Part shown: positions 36,813-46,986 of the stretch, in pieces
Position numbering within the stretch: the stretch's first letter is position 1
Layout of the letters: every line of letters starts with the position of its first letter
Virus record (IMG/VR): IMGVR_UViG_3300042691_046823
Strand: one strand, 5' to 3'
Source: a virus
Length of the DNA: 64,000 nt
Notes under the pieces: model-generated
Database searches by the model: none
What the model was told of the DNA's origin: nothing
What the model saw: the letters and a program-made list of their open reading frames with translations, nothing else
Translations under genes and position numbers: made by a program

Positions 36813-39251
36813 TTAACCCTGTTTCAACGACGCCAGGACTGCCTGTAGATCAGCCAGCTTGATTTCGAGATCAGCAGTGTCTCTGCCGCGGCGTGTGCGG
36901 AACCTTATAGATGCTTCAACCTGGTATATTTCATTTTCTAAATCAGTGATCTGTTGTGCTATGTCGGGCACCCCGCGTCCATAGTCGCTGATCGTAACTG
37001 TTTCACCACCACCGGTTTCTTCCACAATTGTAGTGGTTTCTACCAGTTCAGTGTCTTGATTGTATATCGGCGCTGGAACTTTTTCATCGCCAATGATATC
37101 TACCACTGCTTCATCCAAGGCCAGACGCTGAGTGGTGCCCACGAATCCGCCCACACCAAATGGCACGGCTGTAAATCCTGTGCTTTTCTCATCTACAAAT
37201 TGCACCGCAAACTGTGCGTTGCGTGCCGTGGTATTCAACTGCTGAACCAGGTCAGATGGTGCTTGACCTTTGACCCAATCCACTGTGGTATTAACACCAA
37301 ACTTGGCAGCGTTTTGTACAAACATGCCGAGATCTGCTGGTGTCTCGAGTCCTGTGACCACGCCAGCTGCTCGCAGCCCCTGCAGAGCTCCTACCATGAT
37401 TTCGTTCTGTGTGAGATTCTGTAATTTTTCATCGCCCAGGAGATTGGCCAGGGTGTCTACTCCGCTCTTGCCGGTCCACACACCTGGAGATGCCAATACC
37501 GACGTCAACTGCGACGGATCGCTGAGATAGGTTTCTACTGTGCCAGGTTTTAGATAACCAGCGGCTTCTAACTGGTCTGGCTGGAAGCCAAACTTGCCAA
37601 TACCTTTGTCTTCGCTGACAGTTGTAAATGACTGATCAACATCGGCTGCGGTCTGGGCCAAAAGTCCTGTGACCTGAGGTGTGTCAAGGCTACCTACGCT
37701 GATTTCCGCAGGTTCCTGGCTCAAGAGTTGTTCTTGATCGATGCCATTGGTCACTGGTTCGTCCTGCAAAGAGGCCACTGTGGCAGCAGCCTGATCGGAT
37801 GTGGCCACTGGTGGAGCTTCTCCCAGCGCAGTGGATGAGTTCACACCTTGATTGTGATAGGCATAGGGCTCGTGCGTGGGCGCACGAGTAACCACGGTCT
37901 TGAGTTTGCCAGGCTCGCTGACCCAGCCTTGGGAGTTTTTAAACACAGTATCGGGCAGACTGATGTCTCTCAACGGTGTGGGTGCATCCACCGGAGCCGA
38001 TCCTCCTGAATTGAGATTGATACAACCTGCGATGAGGTTCATAGAAGATCCAGCATCCCAGGCTCCACTGCTGGCGCTTTTGATAAACAATGAGCCATCA
38101 CTTTTCAATCCAATCAGACTCTTGCTGTATATGGTAGTTTTGGCATCGCCTATGAGATCAAGATTGACCTCGGCTTGCAGTTTCATGTTTTTGGTTTTAG
38201 CATTGATAGATCCACCAGCGTACAAGTTGATGTCTTTGTCGGCGTGCAGATTGATGGTTCCTTGGGTACGGATGTTCACTGAATTGGTAGAAAACACATC
38301 CACAGTGCCCTGCTTGCCAAACTCCAACCAGGTCTGGCCGTTGGCATGTATGATGTAAAAACAGTCACCATCGTCGCTCATGGTGATCTGATGGCCTTTG
38401 GCTGTGCGTATGCGTACCAGATTGTCCTTGCCTTCAAGGTCACCGTCGTCCATTACGATGCTGTGGCCTCCGCGCCTGGCTATGACCTTGACATCTTGCG
38501 GTCGTAAGCTGCCACTGTCTAACTGTGCTTTGATATCTCGTTCGTTTAGACCACCTTGATATATGGCCTGGCCTGGTGTGACCAAACCAAAGGCCGCTGA
38601 TGGTGTTTCGCGCTGGCTGTTGCTGGTGATAGGTCCGCGCACGGTATCGCGTATGAGGCCTTGTTGCATTAAAATACCCGACACATAGCTATGCACCGGT
38701 TTGGGTTGATCAAAGAATCGCGGATTTTCCGTGATCTCAAGGTTTTCTGTGTTGATCTCCGTGACTGGTAATTGTCTTGCGCCTTGGAAATAACTGTCCT
38801 GTGGACCGTTTTGTAGCTGATACTTGGTGCTGGCACCAATGGCCGGTATCATGTGACTGATACCTACTTCAGGCACACATCCTGTGTAATACCCCTGATT
38901 GGGGTCACCTGCCACAAAGAAACATATGACCTGGGTACCAAGATCGGGAGGAGTGAACCACATGCCATAACTCTGTTGGTTGCCTGTGAAGGTTCCAGCA
39001 CCAGCACCGGTACCAGTGTGAGGAGTCACACCGTACCAAGGCGGAACATAACTCACAGTGCGCCATAGGCTTTCGTCAGTTTCATCCTCGCCGGCAAATT
39101 GCTCGATATACACTTGCAATCTACCAGACCTTGTAGGGTCTATGTTGTTGGTTACCTTGCCGATGTATGGACCAAATTCAGTGGGTGAGCCACCTCTGTC
39201 AAATTTGTATCCTGCGGTACGACCTTTGGTTTTTTGTAAATTATCAGGCAT
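36813..39251 (-). CDS. Baseplate central spike, gp5/VgrG-like, with lysozyme-like insert
   Basis: OB-fold IDPTRSGRLQVYI...YGMWFTPPDLGTQV, beta-helix GHSIVMDD...GHQITMSD, RAPTHEPY, then GKFGF..QLEAAGYLKPG...WTGKSG. Confidence 0.8.
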   Translation of the reverse strand: MPDNLQKTKGRTAGYKFDRGGSPTEFGPYIGKVTNNIDPTRSGRLQVYIEQFAGEDETDESLWRTVSYVPPWYGVTPHTGTGAGAGTFTGNQQSYGMWFTPPDLGTQVICFFVAGDPNQGYYTGCVPEVGISHMIPAIGASTKYQLQNGPQDSYFQGARQLPVTEINTENLEITENPRFFDQPKPVHSYVSGILMQQGLIRDTVRGPITSNSQRETPSAAFGLVTPGQAIYQGGLNERDIKAQLDSGSLRPQDVKVIARRGGHSIVMDDGDLEGKDNLVRIRTAKGHQITMSDDGDCFYIIHANGQTWLEFGKQGTVDVFSTNSVNIRTQGTINLHADKDINLYAGGSINAKTKNMKLQAEVNLDLIGDAKTTIYSKSLIGLKSDGSLFIKSASSGAWDAGSSMNLIAGCINLNSGGSAPVDAPTPLRDISLPDTVFKNSQGWVSEPGKLKTVVTRAPTHEPYAYHNQGVNSSTALGEAPPVATSDQAAATVASLQDEPVTNGIDQEQLLSQEPAEISVGSLDTPQVTGLLAQTAADVDQSFTTVSEDKGIGKFGFQPDQLEAAGYLKPGTVETYLSDPSQLTSVLASPGVWTGKSGVDTLANLLGDEKLQNLTQNEIMVGALQGLRAAGVVTGLETPADLGMFVQNAAKFGVNTTVDWVKGQAPSDLVQQLNTTARNAQFAVQFVDEKSTGFTAVPFGVGGFVGTTQRLALDEAVVDIIGDEKVPAPIYNQDTELVETTTIVEETGGGETVTISDYGRGVPDIAQQITDLENEIYQVEASIRFRTRRGRDTADLEIKLADLQAVLASLKQG

Positions 39252-42200
39252 TATGATTCTCTCGCGCCAGTCTGTCTATTGGCTGTGGTTCTTGGATTGT
39301 TAGCCGCTTGCTGTTGCAAAGACAAAGTGCGGCTGGCTTCTTGACCTTGGATGGCCGACACACGACCGCTGGCTACCAAGGCATTGATCTCAGACTGTGA
39401 TGTAACAGTCTGTGCTCGACCGTTGGACAACACCACAAAAGTAGCGGGCTGTCCTACATTTGAGCCGGCAGCGCCACCTTGCGATCTTATGGCAGCGGAT
39501 CCAGTGGCCGCTGGGCCCACGGTCTGGGTAGCACTGGTTGGAGGTTGCGGACTCGCCAGTGGTTCGGCATTGACTGTGCCCAAGGCAGATGAGATGCCAT
39601 CGCCAGATCCTGATCCGCCAAACTCCGCGTCAGTGAGGCTGCCAGTCAATGGTGGATCTGGTCTCACACGCACAGGCAAGGCACCTCGTCCCACACGGGC
39701 CCCTGGGGGTCCTGCGGTGTTTCTGGTAGATCTATTGGCCTGTGCGGCTGTGTTTCTGGTCTGTGCGGTCTGTGTGTTGGTGCGCTGTTGCTCTGTGGCA
39801 GCACGACCTCGAGCCGTGGGTTCTTCCAAAGGAAAGGTTTGGAGCACACCATTGAGTTCTTGCGTGAACTTGCCTTTGCTGAAATTGCTGGTACAGTCCA
39901 CGGCTTGATATATGAAACTCTGCCGCGCATCACCTGCTACGCCGTTGGATCGATCGGCGCCATAGTTGTTTATGCCAGGATCGATGAGACCGGTGTTGAT
40001 GTCATAATCAGTAGGACGATTGAAGGCCACTTCAAATAATACCTGTCGGCCTTCGGGATTGATCGTTCCATCAGGAAGAAACGCACCGTATATGCTCTGC
40101 AGACCTTGGATGCCCGATGTGGCTTCGCCCTGGAAGATCCAGGCAGGATCGCCCACTATCTGCAGTTTGATCCTGCTCTGATCTGCTGGTGAGTAAAGAT
40201 AGTCTGCGGCCTGGGCCGATGGTTCATAGACCTTGTCGTCGTCTTGTCCCTGGCTGCTTTCTGGACTTCGAGGTTGATAAAAATAGCGATCGGCTTCACG
40301 ATAGTTACTGGTGATCTTGGGTCTGGACTCGGTGTTTTGCACGATGTAATAAAGATAGTTGTAATCCTGCTGGAAATCCAAGATCTGCGTGTTTTCACCA
40401 GTAAACCAGTAATTGTATTTCTTGTGTGTGCCTAAAAACTGTGTGCGAGGGAAAAAATCACTCTTGACCTGATTGACTTGGTAGGCTGCCAGGCTGTAGG
40501 TTATCTTGTACTGATAGTCGTTGCGTTTGGTGTCGTACTTGCCTGTGGGCTCGGCCTGGAGACCTATGCGATACCAACCAATGGTCTGTGCCGGCGTACC
40601 ATTTTCAACCTGCTTGCCGGTCTTGCTATCGATGTATGCAGTCTGTTGTTCAAGGATATAACTGCTGGTGCGGCAGACTTGATCAATAAACTGTACCACG
40701 CTGGTACCTGCTATGACCTTGGTGGTCTTGCTGTTGGTGTCCATGCTTTGGGTCTTGCCATCTTTTTGTTCCTTGGCAGTCTGGGCTTTGATCATGGCCG
40801 ATTGACGAGGATTGAATTCGCCCGGTGGTACCAACTTGGCAGATTTAAGCACCGGTTCCAGAATGCGCACTTCATAGATATCAGCGAGTTCTTGCACGCC
40901 CTCAGTGACCAATTCCTCTTGGAACTTGTTCAAGGCATCTGAAAGACCTTGTGTTATGGTCAATGACTTGGCACGGCTGGCCGCGTCGGCCTTGGGTGGC
41001 GCCTGGCTTTGTGTAGGGCTACCACCGGCTGTGACTGTAGTTGCTGGTCCTTGGAAGTCTCCTGCAGGATTGTAATTGAACAGATCAGCAAATTCGCCGC
41101 CGCCTGGAGGCCAAGTCGACACCGATGGCGCTGCCTGGGTACTGGTTCCACCTCGGCGAGGATTGTATCTTTGTGGAGCATTGGTTGGTGTGGCAGCGGC
41201 ACGTGCATTGTCAGGTACGGCTTTGCTGGCCGATTCTGACTTGGCAAATCCCAAAGGACCGGTCAGGAGATCTTTAAGGCTCTGGCTGCTGAGTTCGATA
41301 TTGTAGGGTATGACACCACGGGCCGGACCGGTATTGACCATGTTCTGTGGACATACTGCATCACATTCGTACTCAGTGACCTTGTTAGCGACACGGAATT
41401 TGATGCCTGTGAATTGGAATGGAATGAATTTTTCCACCACTGCGCTGTAATTTTTTCCTTCAAGGTCTGTGGCATTGAGTCGCTGTGCTGACACTAAATT
41501 ACCGTTCTGATCATACCCATAAAATCTTATGGCCATGAGATAGGTTTGCGCGGCATAGTTGGAGTTGCTGTTACCGCCACGGATGTTCACATATTCTCTG
41601 GTGGCCTTGTACAAATTGTCCAGCAAGGTTATACCATTGGGTTCCAAGAGTTTGAATCTCAATGCCACGGCATTATGGGCCCCGTTGGTTCCTTTGCCTG
41701 ATATCAGAGTCCGGATGCTGACATCATCGATATAATAATCATTGCGGAAAAACTGGTTGCGACCCAGGCGGGCCAGAGTGGCTTCGGCCGCCTGACGGTA
41801 ATCTTCTTGATTGAACTCAGGTCCCAATTGCGATCCGGGAATGATACCACCGCCCTGCGCGGCACCAGCGCTTTGGATCAACAACTGCCAACCCGATGGG
41901 GGTCGTTTGGTTTTCAGCATCTGCTGATAATCTTCCGGACTCAGCAGATAGATGCTGATACTGTACGCATATGAAGAGTATTGATCCAAGACATTGCCTT
42001 GGGGTACGATGCGGCCACCGTCGCCTCCAAAGATGCTGTTGATGCGTGCCCTGACTGCGGCTCCGCCTGAAGCATCGTCTTTGGGTGATGCCGCTCCGGG
42101 CTGCGATGTTGGTCGGGCATCAACCACAGTAGGTTGGTCGCCGAAGGCATCATCGGGCACAGGTCCGCCAGGAAAGGCAGTGCGTGGTGGCAAACTCTGG

Positions 42201-42658
42201 TTTTGTTCGGCCGTGTTGGGTGGATCATCCGTACCTAAGTCTGTCGTAGTTTCGGGTTCAAATCGTTCGGCATTGCTGGTTGTAGATTCGGCACCGGCTT
42301 GTTCTGGAGGCGGCACCGCAGAGTTGGCTGCATCATCTCTGGCTCTCTGGGCCTGGGGCACAGTTTGACCTGTGCTTTCTCTGCTGCCTTGCTGTTGTTG
42401 GGCCACTGCTATCTGTCGATCTACATCGGCCAGTTGGGCATTTAATGTGACCAGCTCGGCATTGTTCTTGGCAATGATGCCTTTGGCCTGCTGGATCTGC
42501 TGTTCGCGATTGCGACGCACAACAGGATCTGTGGTAAACTGCAGGTCTGATTGGGCTCGTGCCAGCAATCGTTCAGCGCTGATCTTTTCCGCAGTGAGAG
42601 TGGCTATCTGTTCTACGAGTTCGCCGCGCCGGGCACGCAGTGCGATCAAATCGGCCAT
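39251..42658 (-). CDS. Baseplate hub protein (gp27/gp44-like) with low-complexity termini
   Basis: NVLDQYSSYAY, YYIDDV, EPNGITLLD, KKYNYWFTGEN, LQIVGDPAW, F.KGKFTQ.L; located next to the spike gene. Confidence 0.65.
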   Translation of the reverse strand: MADLIALRARRGELVEQIATLTAEKISAERLLARAQSDLQFTTDPVVRRNREQQIQQAKGIIAKNNAELVTLNAQLADVDRQIAVAQQQQGSRESTGQTVPQAQRARDDAANSAVPPPEQAGAESTTSNAERFEPETTTDLGTDDPPNTAEQNQSLPPRTAFPGGPVPDDAFGDQPTVVDARPTSQPGAASPKDDASGGAAVRARINSIFGGDGGRIVPQGNVLDQYSSYAYSISIYLLSPEDYQQMLKTKRPPSGWQLLIQSAGAAQGGGIIPGSQLGPEFNQEDYRQAAEATLARLGRNQFFRNDYYIDDVSIRTLISGKGTNGAHNAVALRFKLLEPNGITLLDNLYKATREYVNIRGGNSNSNYAAQTYLMAIRFYGYDQNGNLVSAQRLNATDLEGKNYSAVVEKFIPFQFTGIKFRVANKVTEYECDAVCPQNMVNTGPARGVIPYNIELSSQSLKDLLTGPLGFAKSESASKAVPDNARAAATPTNAPQRYNPRRGGTSTQAAPSVSTWPPGGGEFADLFNYNPAGDFQGPATTVTAGGSPTQSQAPPKADAASRAKSLTITQGLSDALNKFQEELVTEGVQELADIYEVRILEPVLKSAKLVPPGEFNPRQSAMIKAQTAKEQKDGKTQSMDTNSKTTKVIAGTSVVQFIDQVCRTSSYILEQQTAYIDSKTGKQVENGTPAQTIGWYRIGLQAEPTGKYDTKRNDYQYKITYSLAAYQVNQVKSDFFPRTQFLGTHKKYNYWFTGENTQILDFQQDYNYLYYIVQNTESRPKITSNYREADRYFYQPRSPESSQGQDDDKVYEPSAQAADYLYSPADQSRIKLQIVGDPAWIFQGEATSGIQGLQSIYGAFLPDGTINPEGRQVLFEVAFNRPTDYDINTGLIDPGINNYGADRSNGVAGDARQSFIYQAVDCTSNFSKGKFTQELNGVLQTFPLEEPTARGRAATEQQRTNTQTAQTRNTAAQANRSTRNTAGPPGARVGRGALPVRVRPDPPLTGSLTDAEFGGSGSGDGISSALGTVNAEPLASPQPPTSATQTVGPAATGSAAIRSQGGAAGSNVGQPATFVVLSNGRAQTVTSQSEINALVASGRVSAIQGQEASRTLSLQQQAANNPRTTANRQTGARES

Positions 42659-42661
42659 TGA

Positions 42662-42961
42662 TTACAATCCCAGCGCTGATCTCAGCGTGCTGATCTTGGG
42701 CAGATATATCTGCACATCGGCCTGGAAGTCCCAGGGCGGTTGTGAGAGGGTGTTGGGATTGCGCTGGTAAAACACCCACCACAATTGTGATTGGTCGTAA
42801 AGGTCAAAGGCCAAAAGATCAGGGCGATATTGATAGGTCTGATTTATGATAAAGACTTCATCATCGGCCAGTTTAGGTATTGGCCTATTGACCATGAGAT
42901 CAAGGAAGAACTGGCTATAACCGGTATCAAAATACGCACTGTTGGCAGGATATTGGGCCAT
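42662..42961 (-). CDS. Baseplate wedge protein, gp53/LysM-like
   Basis: YQYRPDLLAFDLY....LWWVF..RN....P..DF......YLP. Confidence 0.8.
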   Translation of the reverse strand: MAQYPANSAYFDTGYSQFFLDLMVNRPIPKLADDEVFIINQTYQYRPDLLAFDLYDQSQLWWVFYQRNPNTLSQPPWDFQADVQIYLPKISTLRSALGL

Positions 42962-45900
42962 TACCAGAATCCTCCGCGTTGCAATCTACCAGGTGCAAAA
43001 TCACGAACAGCAAACTGTTTGCTGACCTGTTGCCGGGTCTGCATGGGATGTAACACTATGGTGATCTCCATCTTGGTGGGCACATATGTGGGTGAATTCA
43101 ATCCCAGCGTTGGAGCGGTGACCGGTGGCAATGGTCGTTGTGCCCCTTTTGGTAAACGAGCAGCTTTAAGCCGTGCCAGAGCACTGCTGAAAGGATTGGT
43201 AGGCAGGTCTTGGCGTGTGCGACGTTTTAGCAAGTTTGTACCGTTGATGTTAGGACTGCGAGCACGTATGTAGTCTACATCTGCCGGTAGATTGTAGTTA
43301 AATTGCGACACCACACAAGGGTGCTCGTTGAATTGATATTCACCAAATCCTGAAAGGAATACCAAAGGTGGTGGCGCACCACGATTTGGATCTTGTCCGT
43401 AGAACATCTTGGTCACAGAACGGAAAAAATGTATCACTGCCAAGAGATAGTTGGCTTCGTCGGTGTCTTGTGCCGTGAAAGTTCCGGTTATCTGGATGTC
43501 ATCTACGTTGGAGCCCTGATAAAAATAACCACGATAGTTTGAGTGGGTGAGATCATAGGCGTTGTAGTTGGCTTTGTACACTGTCTGTATAGTAGGTGTA
43601 TAAGGAAAAATCACACCGTCGGTTTCGACCAACGGTGCTAAGATACCTTCGTTTCCGGTGTCTTTGTAAAGATATGTGGCCTGTGGTGCCAAGCGCAAAC
43701 GCACACGCCAGTCTGCAGTATTGACATTTTTGCGTTGCTCCTGCACGGTCTGCTGTGCGCGGGCCTGGGCGACCTGGGCCTGTATCCTGGCCGCGTCTGA
43801 GGCCTGTTGTTCTACTTCGGACGGCAATAGCCCGGTATCGCCACCGATGTCTGCCAGGCTTTCAGTTGGCACACCACCTGTGTCCGACACAGTCAAATCA
43901 GCCAAGGTCTGGGTTGGTACACCACCTGTGTCTTCGCCGGTGAAATCAGCCAAGGTCTGGGTAGGCACACCACCTGTGTCTGACACCGTTAAATCATTAC
44001 CACGATCGATGTCGGCATCCGATACTCCAAAATCATCTGGAGTGTCTTCAAAATATTCTACCACATCCTCGGCAAACACATCTTGTTGGACGAAGGGGAC
44101 CCCTGTGTCACCGCCAATGTCTGCCAGGGTCTGAGTGGGTACTCCGCCGGTGTCTGTGACTGTGAGGTCATCACCGGTGTCAATATCAGTTGCCGACAGC
44201 ACAAAATCGTCTTGTTGCGGCACTTCGGGATCAATGAAAGCATCCACATCAGTTGCCTCTGTGTCTATGTCGGCTTCGGCCACGAACTCTTCCAGGGGTT
44301 CCACTATCTCTGGATCGGCTGCCTCTTCTTCCTCAGTGAGTTCCGTGTCGTCTTCGGTTTCTATGTCGGCTTCGGCCACGAACTCTTCCAGGGGTTCCAC
44401 TATCTCTGGATCGGTCTCAGGATCTACTTCTTCGGGCTCTACTTCCACTAAATCCGAACTAAAGGGCTGGATCTCTGCTGGCAGTTGCGGATCATCCTGT
44501 GACACGGTCAATGGCTCACTGTCAATCTCTCCTAGTGGTATACCGGACTCCACGGGTGTGATCTCGGGATCAGCGGCTTCTTGTTCTGCGGTGAGTTCTG
44601 TTGTGGCCTCAGTTTCTATCTCAGACACAGGTATAAACTCTTCCAGGGGTGCGACCACTTCGGGATCAGCGGCTTCTTGTTCTGCGGTGAGTTCTGTTGT
44701 GGCCTCAGTTTCTATCTCAGCCAAGGGCACTGCTTCCGGTGCCTGTTGTTCTTCAAATGCTGATACTTCGGGATCAGCCGCCTGTTCTGCAGCGGTCAGC
44801 GTGGTGGGATCTGGATCTACTCCTTGTGCTTCCTGCGTAGAGACCAGTGCTTGTTCATCAGTGGCCAGCTGTTCTTCCAAGGCGGCCACTTCAAATTCTT
44901 GTGCTGCCAAGGTCTCCAACTGTTCCGTGGTGGGTTCGCCACCGGCCCGTACTGTGGCAACGATTTCTTGCTGTGTGCCAGCCAACTCTGCTTCAGCCGT
45001 GGCCAGTTGCTGTTCGGTCTGTTGTACATCTCTTTGGGCGGCCAAGATCTCTTGTTCACCTTGGGCAGTGTCAGCCACTGTCTGGCCCACGATTTCGCTG
45101 TTGGACACCACGGTGGGTTCATCGTCGGGATATAATTCAGCCAAGGATGCTATGGGAGGCCTTGCCGCTTCATTTTCTATCCGGTTTTGTTCTTCGGCCT
45201 GTTGCACTGCCGACAGCAGCCCTTTCTGCTCCAGTTCGGCTTCTAACCGTTGGTTGTTTTCTTCCAGTCTGGCAATGAAGGCTGCACGCTCTTCGGGGTT
45301 GGCCACGAATGTTGGCCGATCGCCTTCTTCAACTGCAAAAGTCTTTTGCACTGCCTCCAGCTCAGCTTTGTTCTGGAAATATTCAGCCACCGTGGGATCA
45401 GGTGCCCCGGCTATGTCTACGGGTAGATTGGCCTGGGGGTTGACCGTGGGATTTACTGATTCAATATCAGAGTTCAAAGATTCATTGGTTACTGCTGATT
45501 CTTGCTGTGGTGAATTGTTTGTGGTGTTTACAGCAGTGATTTCTTCGCCGCCAACACTGATGGTTTCCGTGCTTACCGGCACAGAACCAGGTACTATGAT
45601 TGCGGGCTGTGGATCTTCCAACAATTCTTGTCGCAAGGCGTCAAGATTGGTAGCACCCTGAGCCTGTAGGGCCACAGATTCATTTTGATATTGTGCTTGG
45701 AATTGTACCAAATTGTCGCCGGCTAACGCATCTGCTTGAGATTGCAATCGATCTAATTCCGCTTGGAATTCCGGACTGATATTGTCTGCGTCTACTACTG
45801 CGGCATCGGCTGTAGCCAATTGCTTGACGCCCTCAATCTTGGCCTGGAGCAGCGCATATTGCTCATAGGCCGAGGCATCAGTGGCCGTGGTCGTGGCCTG

Positions 45901-45975
45901 TGTGCCTTGTCCAAGAGCATCATATTTTTCCTGCGAAATATCAACAAGTTCCCCGTCGACCAGTATCTGTGGCAT
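42961..45975 (-). CDS. Tail-tube initiator/cap-like protein (gp48/gp54-like C-terminal domain) with about 750-aa acidic repeat N-terminus
   Basis: C-terminal DWRVRL...GVIFPYTP...THSNY...HFFRSVTKMFYG...PPPLVFLSGFG...LPADVDY; N-terminus is E/D/T/P/A-rich with tandem repeats. Confidence 0.65.
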   Translation of the reverse strand: MPQILVDGELVDISQEKYDALGQGTQATTTATDASAYEQYALLQAKIEGVKQLATADAAVVDADNISPEFQAELDRLQSQADALAGDNLVQFQAQYQNESVALQAQGATNLDALRQELLEDPQPAIIVPGSVPVSTETISVGGEEITAVNTTNNSPQQESAVTNESLNSDIESVNPTVNPQANLPVDIAGAPDPTVAEYFQNKAELEAVQKTFAVEEGDRPTFVANPEERAAFIARLEENNQRLEAELEQKGLLSAVQQAEEQNRIENEAARPPIASLAELYPDDEPTVVSNSEIVGQTVADTAQGEQEILAAQRDVQQTEQQLATAEAELAGTQQEIVATVRAGGEPTTEQLETLAAQEFEVAALEEQLATDEQALVSTQEAQGVDPDPTTLTAAEQAADPEVSAFEEQQAPEAVPLAEIETEATTELTAEQEAADPEVVAPLEEFIPVSEIETEATTELTAEQEAADPEITPVESGIPLGEIDSEPLTVSQDDPQLPAEIQPFSSDLVEVEPEEVDPETDPEIVEPLEEFVAEADIETEDDTELTEEEEAADPEIVEPLEEFVAEADIDTEATDVDAFIDPEVPQQDDFVLSATDIDTGDDLTVTDTGGVPTQTLADIGGDTGVPFVQQDVFAEDVVEYFEDTPDDFGVSDADIDRGNDLTVSDTGGVPTQTLADFTGEDTGGVPTQTLADLTVSDTGGVPTESLADIGGDTGLLPSEVEQQASDAARIQAQVAQARAQQTVQEQRKNVNTADWRVRLRLAPQATYLYKDTGNEGILAPLVETDGVIFPYTPTIQTVYKANYNAYDLTHSNYRGYFYQGSNVDDIQITGTFTAQDTDEANYLLAVIHFFRSVTKMFYGQDPNRGAPPPLVFLSGFGEYQFNEHPCVVSQFNYNLPADVDYIRARSPNINGTNLLKRRTRQDLPTNPFSSALARLKAARLPKGAQRPLPPVTAPTLGLNSPTYVPTKMEITIVLHPMQTRQQVSKQFAVRDFAPGRLQRGGFW
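43830..44800. repeat. Coding tandem repeats (96-nt/32-aa units and DTGGVPTQTLAD units)
   Basis: Exact 55-nt copies at 44264-44318 and 44360-44414. Exact 61-nt copies at 44564-44624 and 44660-44720. Four DTGGVPT(Q/E)(T/S)LAD units at about 43850-44160. Confidence 0.9.
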
Positions 45976-45996
45976 ATAAAAAATTTCCTATCAATA

Positions 45997-46004
45997 TATT
46001 TACC
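45997..46004 (-). promoter_or_regulatory. Late-promoter-like GGTAAATA heading the tail operon
   Basis: TAAATA core about 22 nt upstream of ATG 45975; the same core precedes other structural genes. Confidence 0.6.
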
Positions 46005-46040
46005 GGCGGCAAAAACGGCAAATTTAATGGCATCAAACAT

Positions 46041-46068
46041 TTGACAAATGGGCAAAATGTTGTAAAAT
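46041..46068 (+). promoter_or_regulatory. Sigma70-type promoter for the gp55-gp47-gp46 operon
   Basis: TTGACA-16 nt-TAAAAT, then AGGAGA RBS (46081-46086) and TTG start at 46093. Confidence 0.75.
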
Positions 46069-46092
46069 AAGTACATCCTAAGGAGAAATCTG

Positions 46093-46974
46093 TTGCCTAT
46101 CACCACTCCCCCCAAGGTCAATTATCTCAACAACAAAGACCTATTAAAAGAGATACATTTCAGCAAAAAAACCTACTGCGCCTATCGTGACCCGGCCCGT
46201 GATCATCAGTATGATCTCATACTGCCATCTGTGACCAAGATCAATCAGCGCACTATCGCTGAAGCACGCAGGAACCGAGCCGAACGCATACGCAAGGAAA
46301 CCGGTGAAGAGATTAATGAGAAAAAAATACCCAACACTGATCTCGTGTTCCGTGTCATGACTTGGGAACACATACCCATGGCGCCAAAAAAACAGCCCAA
46401 GGCTGCTGCCAAGAAGAAAAAGATAGAAGACATCCTGGGTTTTGAGGAACTGCCGCCCGAAGATCCCATCGCTGAACTCATAGAAGAACCCTTGTTGGAC
46501 CCCACACATGTCCGGGTAAACTTCCCCCCGTTTTTCCACTATCGTGTCACAGATCACAAGGTACCTTACATCGTGGGCAAGAGCCACTGGCGCGGCGACG
46601 TTGACACCGGAGAATACTGCCGGGAACATGGACAGATGACACGCAAACTTGCGCAGATGTTCATGAAACTGTGCGAGCGTTATGCCACACGTTCAAACTG
46701 GCGAGGTTATACCTACAACGAAGAAATGCGTGGGCAGGCCCTGTTACAACTGAGCCAGATTGGCCTGCAGTTTGATGAAAGCAAATCGTCCAATCCTTTT
46801 GCTTACTACACCGCGGCCATAACCAATTCGTTCACTCGCGTGCTCAACATCGAAAAGAAAATGCAGAACATACGCGACGATATCTTGGAAATGAACGGGT
46901 TGAATCCTTCGTGGACCAGACAATACTCGAATTCTGCCCAACCCAATGCGGTTGCAACGCCCACAGAAGAATAG
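46093..46974 (+). CDS. gp55: Late-transcription sigma factor, gp55-like
   Basis: NYLNNKDLL...RSNWRGYTYNEEM...FDESKSSNPFAYYT; synteny with gp47 and gp46. Confidence 0.88.
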   Translation: MPITTPPKVNYLNNKDLLKEIHFSKKTYCAYRDPARDHQYDLILPSVTKINQRTIAEARRNRAERIRKETGEEINEKKIPNTDLVFRVMTWEHIPMAPKKQPKAAAKKKKIEDILGFEELPPEDPIAELIEEPLLDPTHVRVNFPPFFHYRVTDHKVPYIVGKSHWRGDVDTGEYCREHGQMTRKLAQMFMKLCERYATRSNWRGYTYNEEMRGQALLQLSQIGLQFDESKSSNPFAYYTAAITNSFTRVLNIEKKMQNIRDDILEMNGLNPSWTRQYSNSAQPNAVATPTEE

Positions 46975-46986
46975 TATACTGTTGTC

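Noticed and set aside
43830-44800. Regularly spaced direct repeats as a CRISPR or guide array
   Set aside because: Periods are multiples of 3, lie inside an open frame, and the intervening sequences are homologous rather than unique spacers; no cas genes.
44135-45661. 508-aa Ser-rich plus-strand ORF
   Set aside because: Antisense shadow of the Glu/Ala-rich repeat gene; no independent motifs.
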